A stretch of DNA of 64,000 nt from Nostoc sp. GTDB taxonomy: Bacteria > Cyanobacteriota > Cyanobacteriia > Cyanobacteriales > Nostocaceae. Shown here in pieces: positions 10,561 to 18,914 of this stretch (the stretch's first letter is position 1; every line of letters starts with the position of its first letter). The stretch lies in the NCBI GenBank assembly GCA_036918135.1, contig JBALDB010000056.1, positions 160,001 to 224,000 on the forward strand. The letters are read 5' to 3'. Made by a program: the position numbers and the translations under genes. The notes beneath the pieces were generated by a model, which ran no database searches, was not told the DNA's origin, and saw nothing but the letters and a program-made list of their open reading frames with translations.

Positions 10561-11691
10561 ATGGTAACTATTAGAAATAAATTCACTAACGAACCTTTAC
10601 CTGAGTTTATTGAACGCTTGCAAACAGGACAGGCATTACTTACCGATACTCCAGAAAATGTCGTGGAAGTAGTTGGTATTCTCAAAAGCTATGGCGTAGT
10701 TATAGATGCCTATTCAGTAAATCTAAATTACATTGCCGAGCATCAGTTTTTAGTATTTTTCCCATTTTTTAAATACTTTAATGGAAAAGTATCTTTTCAG
10801 AAATTACTGCGTCACTGGTGGCACGATCGCATTAATTTTGAATATGCCGAATATTGCATGAAAGGCATGATGTGGCACGGTGGCGGCGGTTTAGACACAT
10901 ATTTAGATACAGAAGAATTTAAAGAAAGAGCGCAAGCTGTCATCACAGCTAAATTTAAAAATAATCCTTTAATTTTAGGCATTAACCAACTGTTTCCGGA
11001 GTTTTTAACCGAACAGTTACGCGTTTTTGCTTACTACACTGGTTTAGGTCAATTTTGGCGAGTCATGGCTGATATTTTCCTCAGCTTATCAGACCGCTAT
11101 GACAAAGGCGAAATCAAATCGATTCCCCAAGTTGTAGACCATATTAAAGCAGGGTTAGTGGAAAATGCATCCAAGCCAATTACCTACACAGTCAAAGTTC
11201 GGGAAAAACTCTATGATATCATTCCCGAAGACGTTGGTTTGACTTTCTTAGCAGACACAGCAATACCTTATGTAGAAGCAGTTTTCTTTAGAGGAACACC
11301 TTTCCAGGGCACAGTTTCATACAACGCCCAAGCTTATCAAATCTCCCCAGATCAAAGTCGATTCCAATATGGCGCATTATACGCCGATCCTTTACCCATC
11401 GGCGGCGCAGGTATTCCCCCCACCTTGTTGATGCAAGATATGCGTCATTATCTGCCAGAGTACTTGCATGAAATTTATCGTCACAGTCTTCGGGGAGAAG
11501 ATGATTTGCGAGTGCAAATTTGCATGACTTTCCAAAAATCGATGTTTTGCGTCACCACAGCAGCGATTTTAGGACTAGCGCCTTATCCAATAGATACCAA
11601 AGATCCATCTGAGGAAAAAGCTAATCGAGTTTATTTCGGAAAGTGGATGAGTCGCTTAGAAACTTCACGGTTGTTAGATGTGAATAAATAG
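10561..11691 (+). CDS. cupB: CO2 hydration protein CupB/ChpX
   Basis: HDRINFEYAEYC, YADPLPIGGAGIPPTLLMQDMRH; 376 aa, the shorter Cup paralog. Confidence 0.88.
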   Translation: MVTIRNKFTNEPLPEFIERLQTGQALLTDTPENVVEVVGILKSYGVVIDAYSVNLNYIAEHQFLVFFPFFKYFNGKVSFQKLLRHWWHDRINFEYAEYCMKGMMWHGGGGLDTYLDTEEFKERAQAVITAKFKNNPLILGINQLFPEFLTEQLRVFAYYTGLGQFWRVMADIFLSLSDRYDKGEIKSIPQVVDHIKAGLVENASKPITYTVKVREKLYDIIPEDVGLTFLADTAIPYVEAVFFRGTPFQGTVSYNAQAYQISPDQSRFQYGALYADPLPIGGAGIPPTLLMQDMRHYLPEYLHEIYRHSLRGEDDLRVQICMTFQKSMFCVTTAAILGLAPYPIDTKDPSEEKANRVYFGKWMSRLETSRLLDVNK

Positions 11692-11708
11692 TTGACTTTT
11701 GGTAAAAA

Positions 11709-12452
11709 TTATGCGTTCGGTTCAATGCCTAGAGAGCGCAATTGAGCAGCTAGGCCATCGGCTCTTTGGCGTTCTTGTTCGGCTCTTTGACGTTCTTGTT
11801 CGGCTCTTTCTTCGCCCGTCAACAACAAATTACCTTGTAAATCCCACCAGCGCAGCCAAGGTAATTCCATATTCTGATATTGTCCCTGCCATAGACCCAA
11901 CTCCACCTCTAAAGGATGTATGGGATAATGTCCGCGTTCATTTGCTGTTAATAACTGATATTCTCCACCAATTAATTCATAAACTTCTACACTGGCTTTA
12001 TTCACTTCATAAATGCCGTAGAAGGGAGGCCGAATCACTTGCTCGTAAATCCAAAATTTCCCCTTCCAAGGAGTTTTATCTCGCTCCTCTCTACCATCTC
12101 CAGAAACAAATTCTAATACAATTAATGGGGCAATAAATTCTCGCCATAATACATAAGACCTGCGCGTTTGTCCATCAAGAGTAGGTGGTACATTTCCTAC
12201 ATAAAACCAATCAGGTGCTTCGGCACCTTTTTCTGGAGGGTCAGTCATCCGCCAGTAGATACCGCTATCTTGACCGATGCAGTATTGTCCATCAGGATGA
12301 CGCTTTTCCAATATCGGTTTTATTGAGTCGGTAAGGAGAATACTTTGAGGATGTTCCTGAAAGTTTTTCACGAATGTACCGTCAGACTCAGGAAGTTGTG
12401 TATGGTCTGGGAATGGGGTGAGGTCGGTGGATAAATCGGTTGCAGAGGTCAT
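11709..12452 (-). CDS. Uma2 (DUF820) family putative endonuclease
   Basis: PDHTQLPESDG, APDWFYV, LEFVSGDG, C-terminal RAEQERQ heptads and LRSLGIEP tail; ATG at 12452. Confidence 0.9.
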   Translation of the reverse strand: MTSATDLSTDLTPFPDHTQLPESDGTFVKNFQEHPQSILLTDSIKPILEKRHPDGQYCIGQDSGIYWRMTDPPEKGAEAPDWFYVGNVPPTLDGQTRRSYVLWREFIAPLIVLEFVSGDGREERDKTPWKGKFWIYEQVIRPPFYGIYEVNKASVEVYELIGGEYQLLTANERGHYPIHPLEVELGLWQGQYQNMELPWLRWWDLQGNLLLTGEERAEQERQRAEQERQRADGLAAQLRSLGIEPNA

Positions 12453-12585
12453 AAGGTCACCTTTGCAGGAATAAGGGTTGTTTTTTAGTTTAGCAAGCGA
12501 TCGCAGTCTTTCTGTCAAAGCTAGGCTCAAGTTATTAAGGCTCTCTTGTGTCAGAATTAATCTAAGCATTTTGGGAGTTGCAAAG

Positions 12586-13623
12586 ATGGCTTGGGTAGCT
12601 GGCGATCGCTTGCAAGGTGCAAAATACACCATTGAAAAAGAGTTGGGAAGAGGACGCTTTGGTATCACCTATTTAGTCAAAAATCAGAATGGCGATCGCC
12701 AAGTCATTAAAACCTTAAATGACGATTTACTAAATTCCCTAAACCAGTTGGAACGCGGACGACTGGAAACAATGTTTTGGCAAGAGGCGGTAAAACTTAC
12801 TCAATGTAAACACAAACATATTGTGCAGGTTGCAGAACCGTTCAAAGAAGAAGAACACTGGTGTTTAGTAATGGAGTATGTCGATGGTGTGAGTTTAGCT
12901 GACCGTCGCCAACAAATACTTTCTGAATCAGAGGCTTTACGCTACATTCAACAAATTGGGGAAGCACTGATTAAAGTACATGAGAATCGGTTGATTCATC
13001 GAGATGTACATCCAGGAAATATCTTTTTGCGAGTGCGAGAAGGACAGCCGGAAACGGTGCTAATTGATTTTGGTTTAGCTCTCGATTTCGACCATATTTT
13101 AACCACAAGTAGAACTAAGGAAACTTCTGAGGGATTTACACCGCCTGAGCTTTATGCTCAACATACTAAACCAACTGGAGCATATAGCGATATTTATTCT
13201 TTAGCAGCAACTCTTTATGTACTTCTGACTGGAAAAACACCAGTCAGTGCGCTCAAACGTAAGGTGGATAAAGCTCCTTTAGTAGAACCGAAAAAATATA
13301 ATCCTCAGATTAGCGATCGCACAAACCGCGCGATTTTAACAGGTATGAAGCTAAATCCTAAAGAGCGATCGCAATCGATGCGGGAATGGCTCGATTCTTT
13401 GGGTTTGACTGGAGAAAACTTGCAGCCTTCAGTAATTGAACCATCTAAAACTAAGTCAAATTGGGAGCGAAACATCCAGTTTTGGGGAGTGGTGATAGCA
13501 GCGATCGCAGCTTTAGGAGGCTTACTTGCAGGGGTGGGTGCTGTGATGGATAAATTAAAATCCCCTTCGTCTACCAGTCCAACCTCAGTATCTCCTAGTC
13601 CGTCGTCTAGCAAAACACCGTAG
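12586..13623 (+). CDS. Hanks-type Ser/Thr protein kinase with C-terminal TM helix
   Basis: LGRGRFG, HRDVHPGN, DFG, PPE, DIYSL. Confidence 0.92.
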   Translation: MAWVAGDRLQGAKYTIEKELGRGRFGITYLVKNQNGDRQVIKTLNDDLLNSLNQLERGRLETMFWQEAVKLTQCKHKHIVQVAEPFKEEEHWCLVMEYVDGVSLADRRQQILSESEALRYIQQIGEALIKVHENRLIHRDVHPGNIFLRVREGQPETVLIDFGLALDFDHILTTSRTKETSEGFTPPELYAQHTKPTGAYSDIYSLAATLYVLLTGKTPVSALKRKVDKAPLVEPKKYNPQISDRTNRAILTGMKLNPKERSQSMREWLDSLGLTGENLQPSVIEPSKTKSNWERNIQFWGVVIAAIAALGGLLAGVGAVMDKLKSPSSTSPTSVSPSPSSSKTP

Positions 13624-13683
13624 AATTAGCTAAACTCTCATTAAGATGCTGACACTAAAGTAATTTTTTACTTAGAGGTATTC

Positions 13684-14997
13684 ATGCCCTGGATCTCAGG
13701 ACAACGATTGCAAAGTGGCAAATATGTAATTGAGCAAGTCCTGAGACAGGGAGGATTCGGGATTACTTATAAGGCTTTGCATGTTGAACTAAACCAGATA
13801 GTTGTAATTAAGACACCCAATGAATTTCTCAGCCACGATGCGGAATATGAAAAGTACATAGAGAGATTTATCCAAGAAGGGCGAATACTCGCACGTTTAT
13901 CAAAAGACCCTCATCCTCATATTGTGGGAGTGATTGATTTGTTTCAAGAAGGTGCTACCCACTGTTTAGTAATGGACTTTGTTGAGGGAGAAAATTTGTT
14001 TGAGGCAGTGAGGCGTAGGGGAGCTTTACCAGAAGCAGAGATTCTACCCTGCATCCGCCAGATTGGGGAAGCTTTGAGCGTAGTGCATCAAGCAGGTTTA
14101 GTACATAGAGATGCCCATCCTGGAAACATCATGGTGCGGAGAAATGGCAAAGCCGTTTTAATTGACTTTGGAATCGCTAAAGAACTTTTACCTAAAACTT
14201 TGAGTTCAAAAGGTATTGCGGGTAATGAAGGGTTTGCGCCCTATGAACAGATGAGCAGAGGTAGTCGTGAGCCAACAGTGGATGTTTATTGTTTGGCTGC
14301 TACACTTTATTATGCAGTAACAGGTCAACGCCCTACAACTTCTCTAGCTCGCAAGCTCGATAATGCTTCCCTAACTGCACCTAAACAAATTAGTCCAAGC
14401 ATCAGCAATGGATTAAATCAAGCAATTCTTAAGGGCATGGTGCTGGAGGCAAAAGACCGCCCTCAGTCGATGCAGGCATGGTTGGCAATGCTAGAAGCAC
14501 CAAAAGCAACGCCTCCACCATCTGTTGCTCCAGTCCATAAAAAAGAAGTTGTTCGTTCCAAAGCCAAGCTATTAGAGCCAATTCCAAGTAAACCAAGTAC
14601 TAAATCATCTAGAATTATTCCCTGGGGCTCGTTGGTTTATGTATTATTTAGCTACCAACTCGTAGGCTACTTTTTAGGCGCGTCTAACGATTCGTACATA
14701 GTTTGGGCTTGGGCTGGGGCTTGGGCTGTGGCTTGGGCTGTGGCTGGGGCTGTGGCTGTGGCTGTGGCTGGGGCTGTGGCTGTGGTTGGGGCTGTGGCTG
14801 CGTATGTGACTTGGACTGTGTGGGCTGGGGCTTGGGCTGGGGCTGCGGTTTGGGCTTGGGCTGGGGCTGGGGCTATGGCTGTGGCTGGAGATAAATTACT
14901 AAAATCTTTTAGCAAATTTTATACTTTTCTAATTTTAGCTAGCATTTCTAGTCTAGGCTTGGGTTTGGGATGGTTAGTATATAGATTTTTAATATAG
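13684..14997 (+). CDS. Hanks-type Ser/Thr protein kinase with Ala/Val/Gly/Trp-repeat membrane tail
   Basis: QGGFG, VVIK, HRDAHPGN, DFG, APYEQ. Confidence 0.92.
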   Translation: MPWISGQRLQSGKYVIEQVLRQGGFGITYKALHVELNQIVVIKTPNEFLSHDAEYEKYIERFIQEGRILARLSKDPHPHIVGVIDLFQEGATHCLVMDFVEGENLFEAVRRRGALPEAEILPCIRQIGEALSVVHQAGLVHRDAHPGNIMVRRNGKAVLIDFGIAKELLPKTLSSKGIAGNEGFAPYEQMSRGSREPTVDVYCLAATLYYAVTGQRPTTSLARKLDNASLTAPKQISPSISNGLNQAILKGMVLEAKDRPQSMQAWLAMLEAPKATPPPSVAPVHKKEVVRSKAKLLEPIPSKPSTKSSRIIPWGSLVYVLFSYQLVGYFLGASNDSYIVWAWAGAWAVAWAVAGAVAVAVAGAVAVVGAVAAYVTWTVWAGAWAGAAVWAWAGAGAMAVAGDKLLKSFSKFYTFLILASISSLGLGLGWLVYRFLI

Positions 14998-15072
14998 GTA
15001 CATAGCTTACTCAAGCTTTAGAAGCTAACTGGCAAAAGATTTTGTAGCTGTTGTATTGAGTAGAAAAGCGAT

Positions 15073-15099
15073 GTCTAACAACAAGCCGCTACGCATCTA
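15073..15099. repeat. 27-bp small dispersed repeat inserted in a HIP1 site (copy 1 of 4)
   Basis: GCGAT-[gtctaacaacaagccgctacgcatcta]-CGC. Confidence 0.8.
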
Positions 15100-15183
15100 C
15101 GCACCTTTAAACTCATACCAAAATATTAAATTTCCGGCTCAACACCAAGCGCTGGTTTTAAGAGCGTTGTTATGGAAGATAAG

Positions 15184-15260
15184 CTAAATAAATAAACTGA
15201 TATCTACATTAAAATAGTCCGCCAACGCTTCTGCTTGAGTTTTACTAATGGTGCGATCGC
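15184..15260 (-). pseudogene. 3' remnant of a HigA-like (Xre HTH) antitoxin gene
   Basis: Translates DRTISKTQAEALADYFNVDISLFI*; bordered at a HIP1 site by nested short repeats (15261-15305). Confidence 0.6.
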
Positions 15261-15324
15261 GAAGCGTCTGCGTTCGCGCAGCGTCTCGAAGGGAAGGAGA
15301 ATCGCCATGACATATCGTAGTTAA

Positions 15325-15957
15325 CTATGCTAATTTTTCTCTAACCCAAATACGAAAAGATTTCAACAAAGCAACCTCACCCATGCTTTGACTTTGCTGA
15401 ATAAATTTACTCATCTCATTCACTGAAATCAGAGGAAAAGCGATGCTAGATTTACACTCAACATATTGCCCTGCTTGCAGCTGATAAAATTTCAAATTTT
15501 GCCCATCATATCGCCAAAGTTCATTTATAGCTAACGCTGCGTAAATATTAAATTTATTAATTGAACTATTAGTAATATCAATCTCAATTGCTAAATCAGG
15601 TAGTGGATCTGTTTCTAAATTAAGACTTTTCTTCCCTCTAACTCTTGGTTCATTTTGTATATAGTAGCAGTTATCTGGCTCTATCCCTTTTCTTGCTAAT
15701 TTGCGCTTCAATGTTGTAGAACCAGCACTTTTAATTTCTCTTCCTATTTCTTCAGTCAAAGCAAATATCAAGCGGTCAAATTGAATTTTGGGATTTTCAT
15801 GTTCAAAAAGTGGTGTCATGATTTCTAAAGTACCGCCATCATAAGCAAACCGAGAGTCTCTATCCTCACCTGTGTCTTTTAGCAAGGCTTCAAAGGTTTC
15901 CCAGCTAATGTTATGTAGTACTGTTCTTTGTTCTGCGGGTGTTGACTGGACTAGCAT
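15325..15957 (-). CDS. Uma2 (DUF820) family putative endonuclease, second subfamily
   Basis: ISWETFEALL, GTLEIMTP, GIEPDNCYYIQN, PDLAIEIDIT. Confidence 0.9.
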   Translation of the reverse strand: MLVQSTPAEQRTVLHNISWETFEALLKDTGEDRDSRFAYDGGTLEIMTPLFEHENPKIQFDRLIFALTEEIGREIKSAGSTTLKRKLARKGIEPDNCYYIQNEPRVRGKKSLNLETDPLPDLAIEIDITNSSINKFNIYAALAINELWRYDGQNLKFYQLQAGQYVECKSSIAFPLISVNEMSKFIQQSQSMGEVALLKSFRIWVREKLA

Positions 15958-15998
15958 ATTAAAATACTTCTTTCATGACAATTTCAACGCCAAGCGAT

Positions 15999-16025
15999 GT
16001 GTAACGACAAACCACTATGCCTCTA
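15999..16025. repeat. Degenerate 27-bp HIP1-inserted repeat (copy 2 of 4)
   Basis: GCGAT-[gtgtaacgacaaaccactatgcctcta]-AGC. Confidence 0.65.
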
Positions 16026-16083
16026 AGCAATATTTCTCTAAAACTCAAGCGATCGCTATTTAAATGTTATCTTTTTTCTATTG

Positions 16084-16133
16084 GTTCACTGCCTAACCAA
16101 GAATCTCCCGATTTGAATTCGGGAGAGTGTCAA
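16084..16133 (+). mobile_element. Orphan IS200/IS605-type right end (hairpin followed by TCAA)
   Basis: aagaa-TCTCCCGA-tttgaat-TCGGGAGA-gtgTCAA resembles cyanobacterial tnpB element ends. Confidence 0.5.
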
Positions 16134-16156
16134 AAAACCCAAATGTATTGTCTTTA

Positions 16157-16519
16157 TCAAGCAACAACCTCTTGCTTAGGCTTCCGCACTGGACGCTTGC
16201 GTTCGCTGCGACGAACGCCCCCTGCCATTTTGTACTCATCGCTATTCTTGCCATACTTTGCAGCTACGCTGACTAACACATGTTCTGTTAATTCCATCAG
16301 CGACTTTTCGGCTAATTCAAAGGCTCCCTGAGTTAGATCCACCGTGGAGAGGGTGGAGTTATGAGCTTCCAACTTCTCCTGTGTTTTTTTAATGGCGGCG
16401 GCAAAGGTGTCAATAGTGATTCCATTACCTAAATCTAAGGTGGGACTAATCGATTTCAAAGCCGCAATCCGACGCTGTGCCTTATCAAGTACTTTAGACC
16501 CACGTTTTGGACGTGACAT
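16157..16519 (-). CDS. Hypothetical 120-aa basic helical protein (LKSI.P.LDLG.G ... KYGK.S.EY.MAGGVR.SER)
   Basis: Clean ORF with AAGGAAAG RBS; motif pattern resembles a widespread uncharacterised family. Confidence 0.8.
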   Translation of the reverse strand: MSRPKRGSKVLDKAQRRIAALKSISPTLDLGNGITIDTFAAAIKKTQEKLEAHNSTLSTVDLTQGAFELAEKSLMELTEHVLVSVAAKYGKNSDEYKMAGGVRRSERKRPVRKPKQEVVA

Positions 16520-16694
16520 AAATAACTTTCCTTTTTTTATGATGCAGTAGGATAAAAACTGACTTATATCCTTGTCTTTATCCCATTACAATAAACAAAA
16601 TCGCGGTGATTAACACCCGCAATATTCAGTATTATTTAAAATATTTAGTACAAAAGTTATTATATTTGTTACGTAATTTTATTGACATTTATCT

Positions 16695-16891
16695 GAATTC
16701 AAGAAACGATCGCCCAAATTCAAGAAACGATCGCCCGAATTCAAGAAACGATCGCCCGAATTCAAGAAACGATCGCCCAAATTCAAGAAACGATCGCCCG
16801 AATTCAATAAACGACTGCCCGAATTCAAGAAACGATCGCCCGAATTCAAGAAACGATTGCCCAAATTCAATAAACGACCGCCCGAATTCAA
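16695..16891. repeat. 21-bp tandem array, 9 full units plus a partial, consensus GAATTCAAGAAACGATCGCCC
   Basis: Units start at 16695, 16716, 16737, 16758, 16779, 16800, 16821, 16842, 16863 and 16884. Confidence 0.97.
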
Positions 16892-17192
16892 TGTCGGCTT
16901 CTCACTTGATTGCAATATCGAACTCCTATTTAATTTTTGCGAAACTCGGTGCGCCTTTATCTCGCTTCGCTGATGAAGATTCTCTGCGATCGCTTTGATT
17001 CCTGATGCTCAATCTATGTAAAAATATTTTTAAAGTATAAAAATATGCTCTATTGTAAAGATATAAGAAAGGCGATCGCTCTCTAAATATTCTCCACCCA
17101 CAGAAGATTATTTGCGTAGTTACTAGTTTTCAGTGCGTTATAAAATTTTTCATCTGCTCTCACCATCTAGCATTGTTGCATAATGGCAAGAG

Positions 17193-17381
17193 CTAAGTTT
17201 TCTTTTTCTTGTCTAGCGCTTCCTGAATAGCTTCTCTACAGAATTGTGCAGGGTCGTCTTGTGCTTTCACTTCATCTTTCATTTTTTCAGTAGCGCGAAA
17301 ACTAATAGTAGTTGATAGTGGTTCTTCTCTTTGTGATTCAAATGGTCTCAAACTTTCTGGGTTACCTTTTGGATTAGGCAT
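17193..17381 (-). CDS. Small CopG/ribbon-helix-helix-like DNA-binding protein
   Basis: MPNPKGNPE...REEPLSTTISFRATEKMKDEV..QDDPAQFCREAIQEAL; paralog at 60133. Confidence 0.75.
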   Translation of the reverse strand: MPNPKGNPESLRPFESQREEPLSTTISFRATEKMKDEVKAQDDPAQFCREAIQEALDKKKKT

Positions 17382-17504
17382 TATGTAGAAATGTAAATAT
17401 AAGCCTGAAACACTCGTTTGCAACTGTTTAATGTTTATTTGGTGGTTGTCTAACTTTGGCGAGTACAGCAACCACCAATATCCCAAGCAAAATGAGACAA
17501 TTCT

Positions 17505-17882
17505 ATGTTTACACGATCGGAACTTGAAATCAAAACCATTGCTGAACTACGCTTGCTATGTCAGCGTTATGGATTACGACCCACAGGGAAATCAGTGCAG
17601 AAGGTAAGCTATATCACATCGTTGATTGCATTTGGGGCGATCGCACTTAACCAGCTACAAGAAAGGAAAGGATTACGAAGATTATCTTTTGGCAGCTTTC
17701 AATCCATTGGCACGGCACTAGATGAAATGAATTCTCCTACAGTCGAACAAGCAGCGTTAATCAAGGCAAGCCTAGAAGGCAAATATTTGAGCGCACCTAG
17801 TCGCTGGGAGCAGGAGAAACTGCTTAACCTGTACAAAGCTAAACTGCTGCTAGAGCAAGTTATGGACTTGCTAGCGGACTAA
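17505..17882 (+). CDS. Hypothetical protein with N-terminal SAP/HeH-like motif
   Basis: KTIAELRLLCQRYGLRPTG; hairpin leader and terminator; decayed paralog at 59940-60012. Confidence 0.75.
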   Translation: MFTRSELEIKTIAELRLLCQRYGLRPTGKSVQKVSYITSLIAFGAIALNQLQERKGLRRLSFGSFQSIGTALDEMNSPTVEQAALIKASLEGKYLSAPSRWEQEKLLNLYKAKLLLEQVMDLLAD

Positions 17883-17914
17883 TTTATTTCCCTAACCTCA
17901 ATAAGCCTTCTGTC

Positions 17915-17938
17915 AGTCCTCTTGTTGGGGACTTTTTT
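17915..17938 (+). terminator. Intrinsic terminator
   Basis: AGTCCTC-ttgtt-GGGGACT followed by a T run. Confidence 0.6.
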
Positions 17939-17985
17939 AGTAGCTATTGCCAAATACTTAAACTTCCGGTTCAATGCCAAGCGAT

Positions 17986-18012
17986 GTCTAACGACAAGCC
18001 ACTTCGTGTCTA
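17986..18012. repeat. 27-bp HIP1-inserted repeat (copy 3 of 4), inside the Uma2 3' end
   Basis: GCGAT-[gtctaacgacaagccacttcgtgtcta]-CGC. Confidence 0.88.
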
Positions 18013-18770
18013 CGCAATTGGGCAGTTAAGCGATCGGCTCTTTGGCGTTCTAGTTCCGCCCTTTGACTTTCTAATTCTGCTCTTTGGCTTTCTAATTCTG
18101 CTCTTTGGCTTTCCTGTTCCGCCCTTTTATCACCAGTCAACAACAAATTACCTTGTAAATCCCACCACCGCAACCAAGGCAATTCGACATTTTGATAAAC
18201 TCCTTGCCAAATACCTAATTCAACTCCCAAGCGCGTAATCGGATAATGTCCGCGCTCATTTGCTGTTAATAACTGATATTGACCACCAATTAATTCATAC
18301 ATTTCCACACTGGCTTTTTTAACTTCATAAATGCCATAAAAAGCCGGATGAATTACTTGCTCATAAATCCAAAATTTGCCTTGCCAAGGAGTTTTATCTC
18401 GTTCTTCACTACCATCACCAGAAACAAATTCTAAGGCAATTAATGGGGCAATAAATTCTCGCCACAGCACATAAGACCTGCGCGTTTGTCCATCGAGCAA
18501 AGGCGGTACATTTCCTACATAAAACCAATCTGGAGCTTCAGCACCTTTTTCGAGAGGGTCTGTCAAGCGCCAGTAAATACCTAAGTCCTGACCGATACAA
18601 TATTGACCGTCAGGATGTAATTTATTGAGAACAGGTGTAATCGAGTCAGTAAGTAAGATGCTTTGGGGATGCTCTTGCCAATTCTTCACGAAAGTGCCAT
18701 TAGACTCTGGTAGCTGCGTATGGTCGGGGAAAGGAGTCAGGTCTGTAGAGAGGTCGGTTGCAGAAGTCAT
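17988..18770 (-). CDS. Uma2 family endonuclease, close paralog of 11709-12452; native tail cut off by an insertion
   Basis: Near-identical N-terminus; original tail SLGIEPEV* persists at 17958-17984. Confidence 0.9.
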   Translation of the reverse strand: MTSATDLSTDLTPFPDHTQLPESNGTFVKNWQEHPQSILLTDSITPVLNKLHPDGQYCIGQDLGIYWRLTDPLEKGAEAPDWFYVGNVPPLLDGQTRRSYVLWREFIAPLIALEFVSGDGSEERDKTPWQGKFWIYEQVIHPAFYGIYEVKKASVEMYELIGGQYQLLTANERGHYPITRLGVELGIWQGVYQNVELPWLRWWDLQGNLLLTGDKRAEQESQRAELESQRAELESQRAELERQRADRLTAQLRRHEVACR

Positions 18771-18871
18771 AAGACTACCGAGAGCAGGAGTAAGGGTTGT
18801 TTTTCAGTGTAGCTTGACATCAGGCTAAGGCTTTGTCAACAGCTAGGCTTTTAGGTTCAACGCCGAGCGAT

Positions 18872-18898
18872 GTCTGACGACAAGCCACTTCGTGTCTA
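18872..18898. repeat. 27-bp HIP1-inserted repeat (copy 4 of 4)
   Basis: GCGAT-[gtctgacgacaagccacttcgtgtcta]-CGC; one mismatch to copy 3. Confidence 0.88.
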
Positions 18899-18914
18899 CG
18901 CTATTCACCTAATT

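Noticed and set aside
11699..12136. Plus-strand ORFs here and at 17984-18238 that resemble each other
   Set aside because: Antisense shadows of the paralogous Uma2 genes
14667..14915. Gly/Cys/Trp-rich and Ala/Thr/Pro-rich small ORFs (RiPP-like appearance)
   Set aside because: Alternative frames of the kinase's hexamer repeat
16695..16891. CRISPR array
   Set aside because: Units are head-to-tail with no unique spacers, and there are no cas genes in the window
16606..16998. ORFs through the 21-bp array (NSRNDRP / GDRFLNS repeats)
   Set aside because: Open only because the unit lacks stops in those frames; weak starts and no recognisable domain; not fully excluded
11709..18770. Diversity-generating retroelement (Uma2 pair as template and variable repeats)
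   Set aside because: No reverse transcriptase, and differences between the copies appear spread out and largely synonymous rather than adenine-specific
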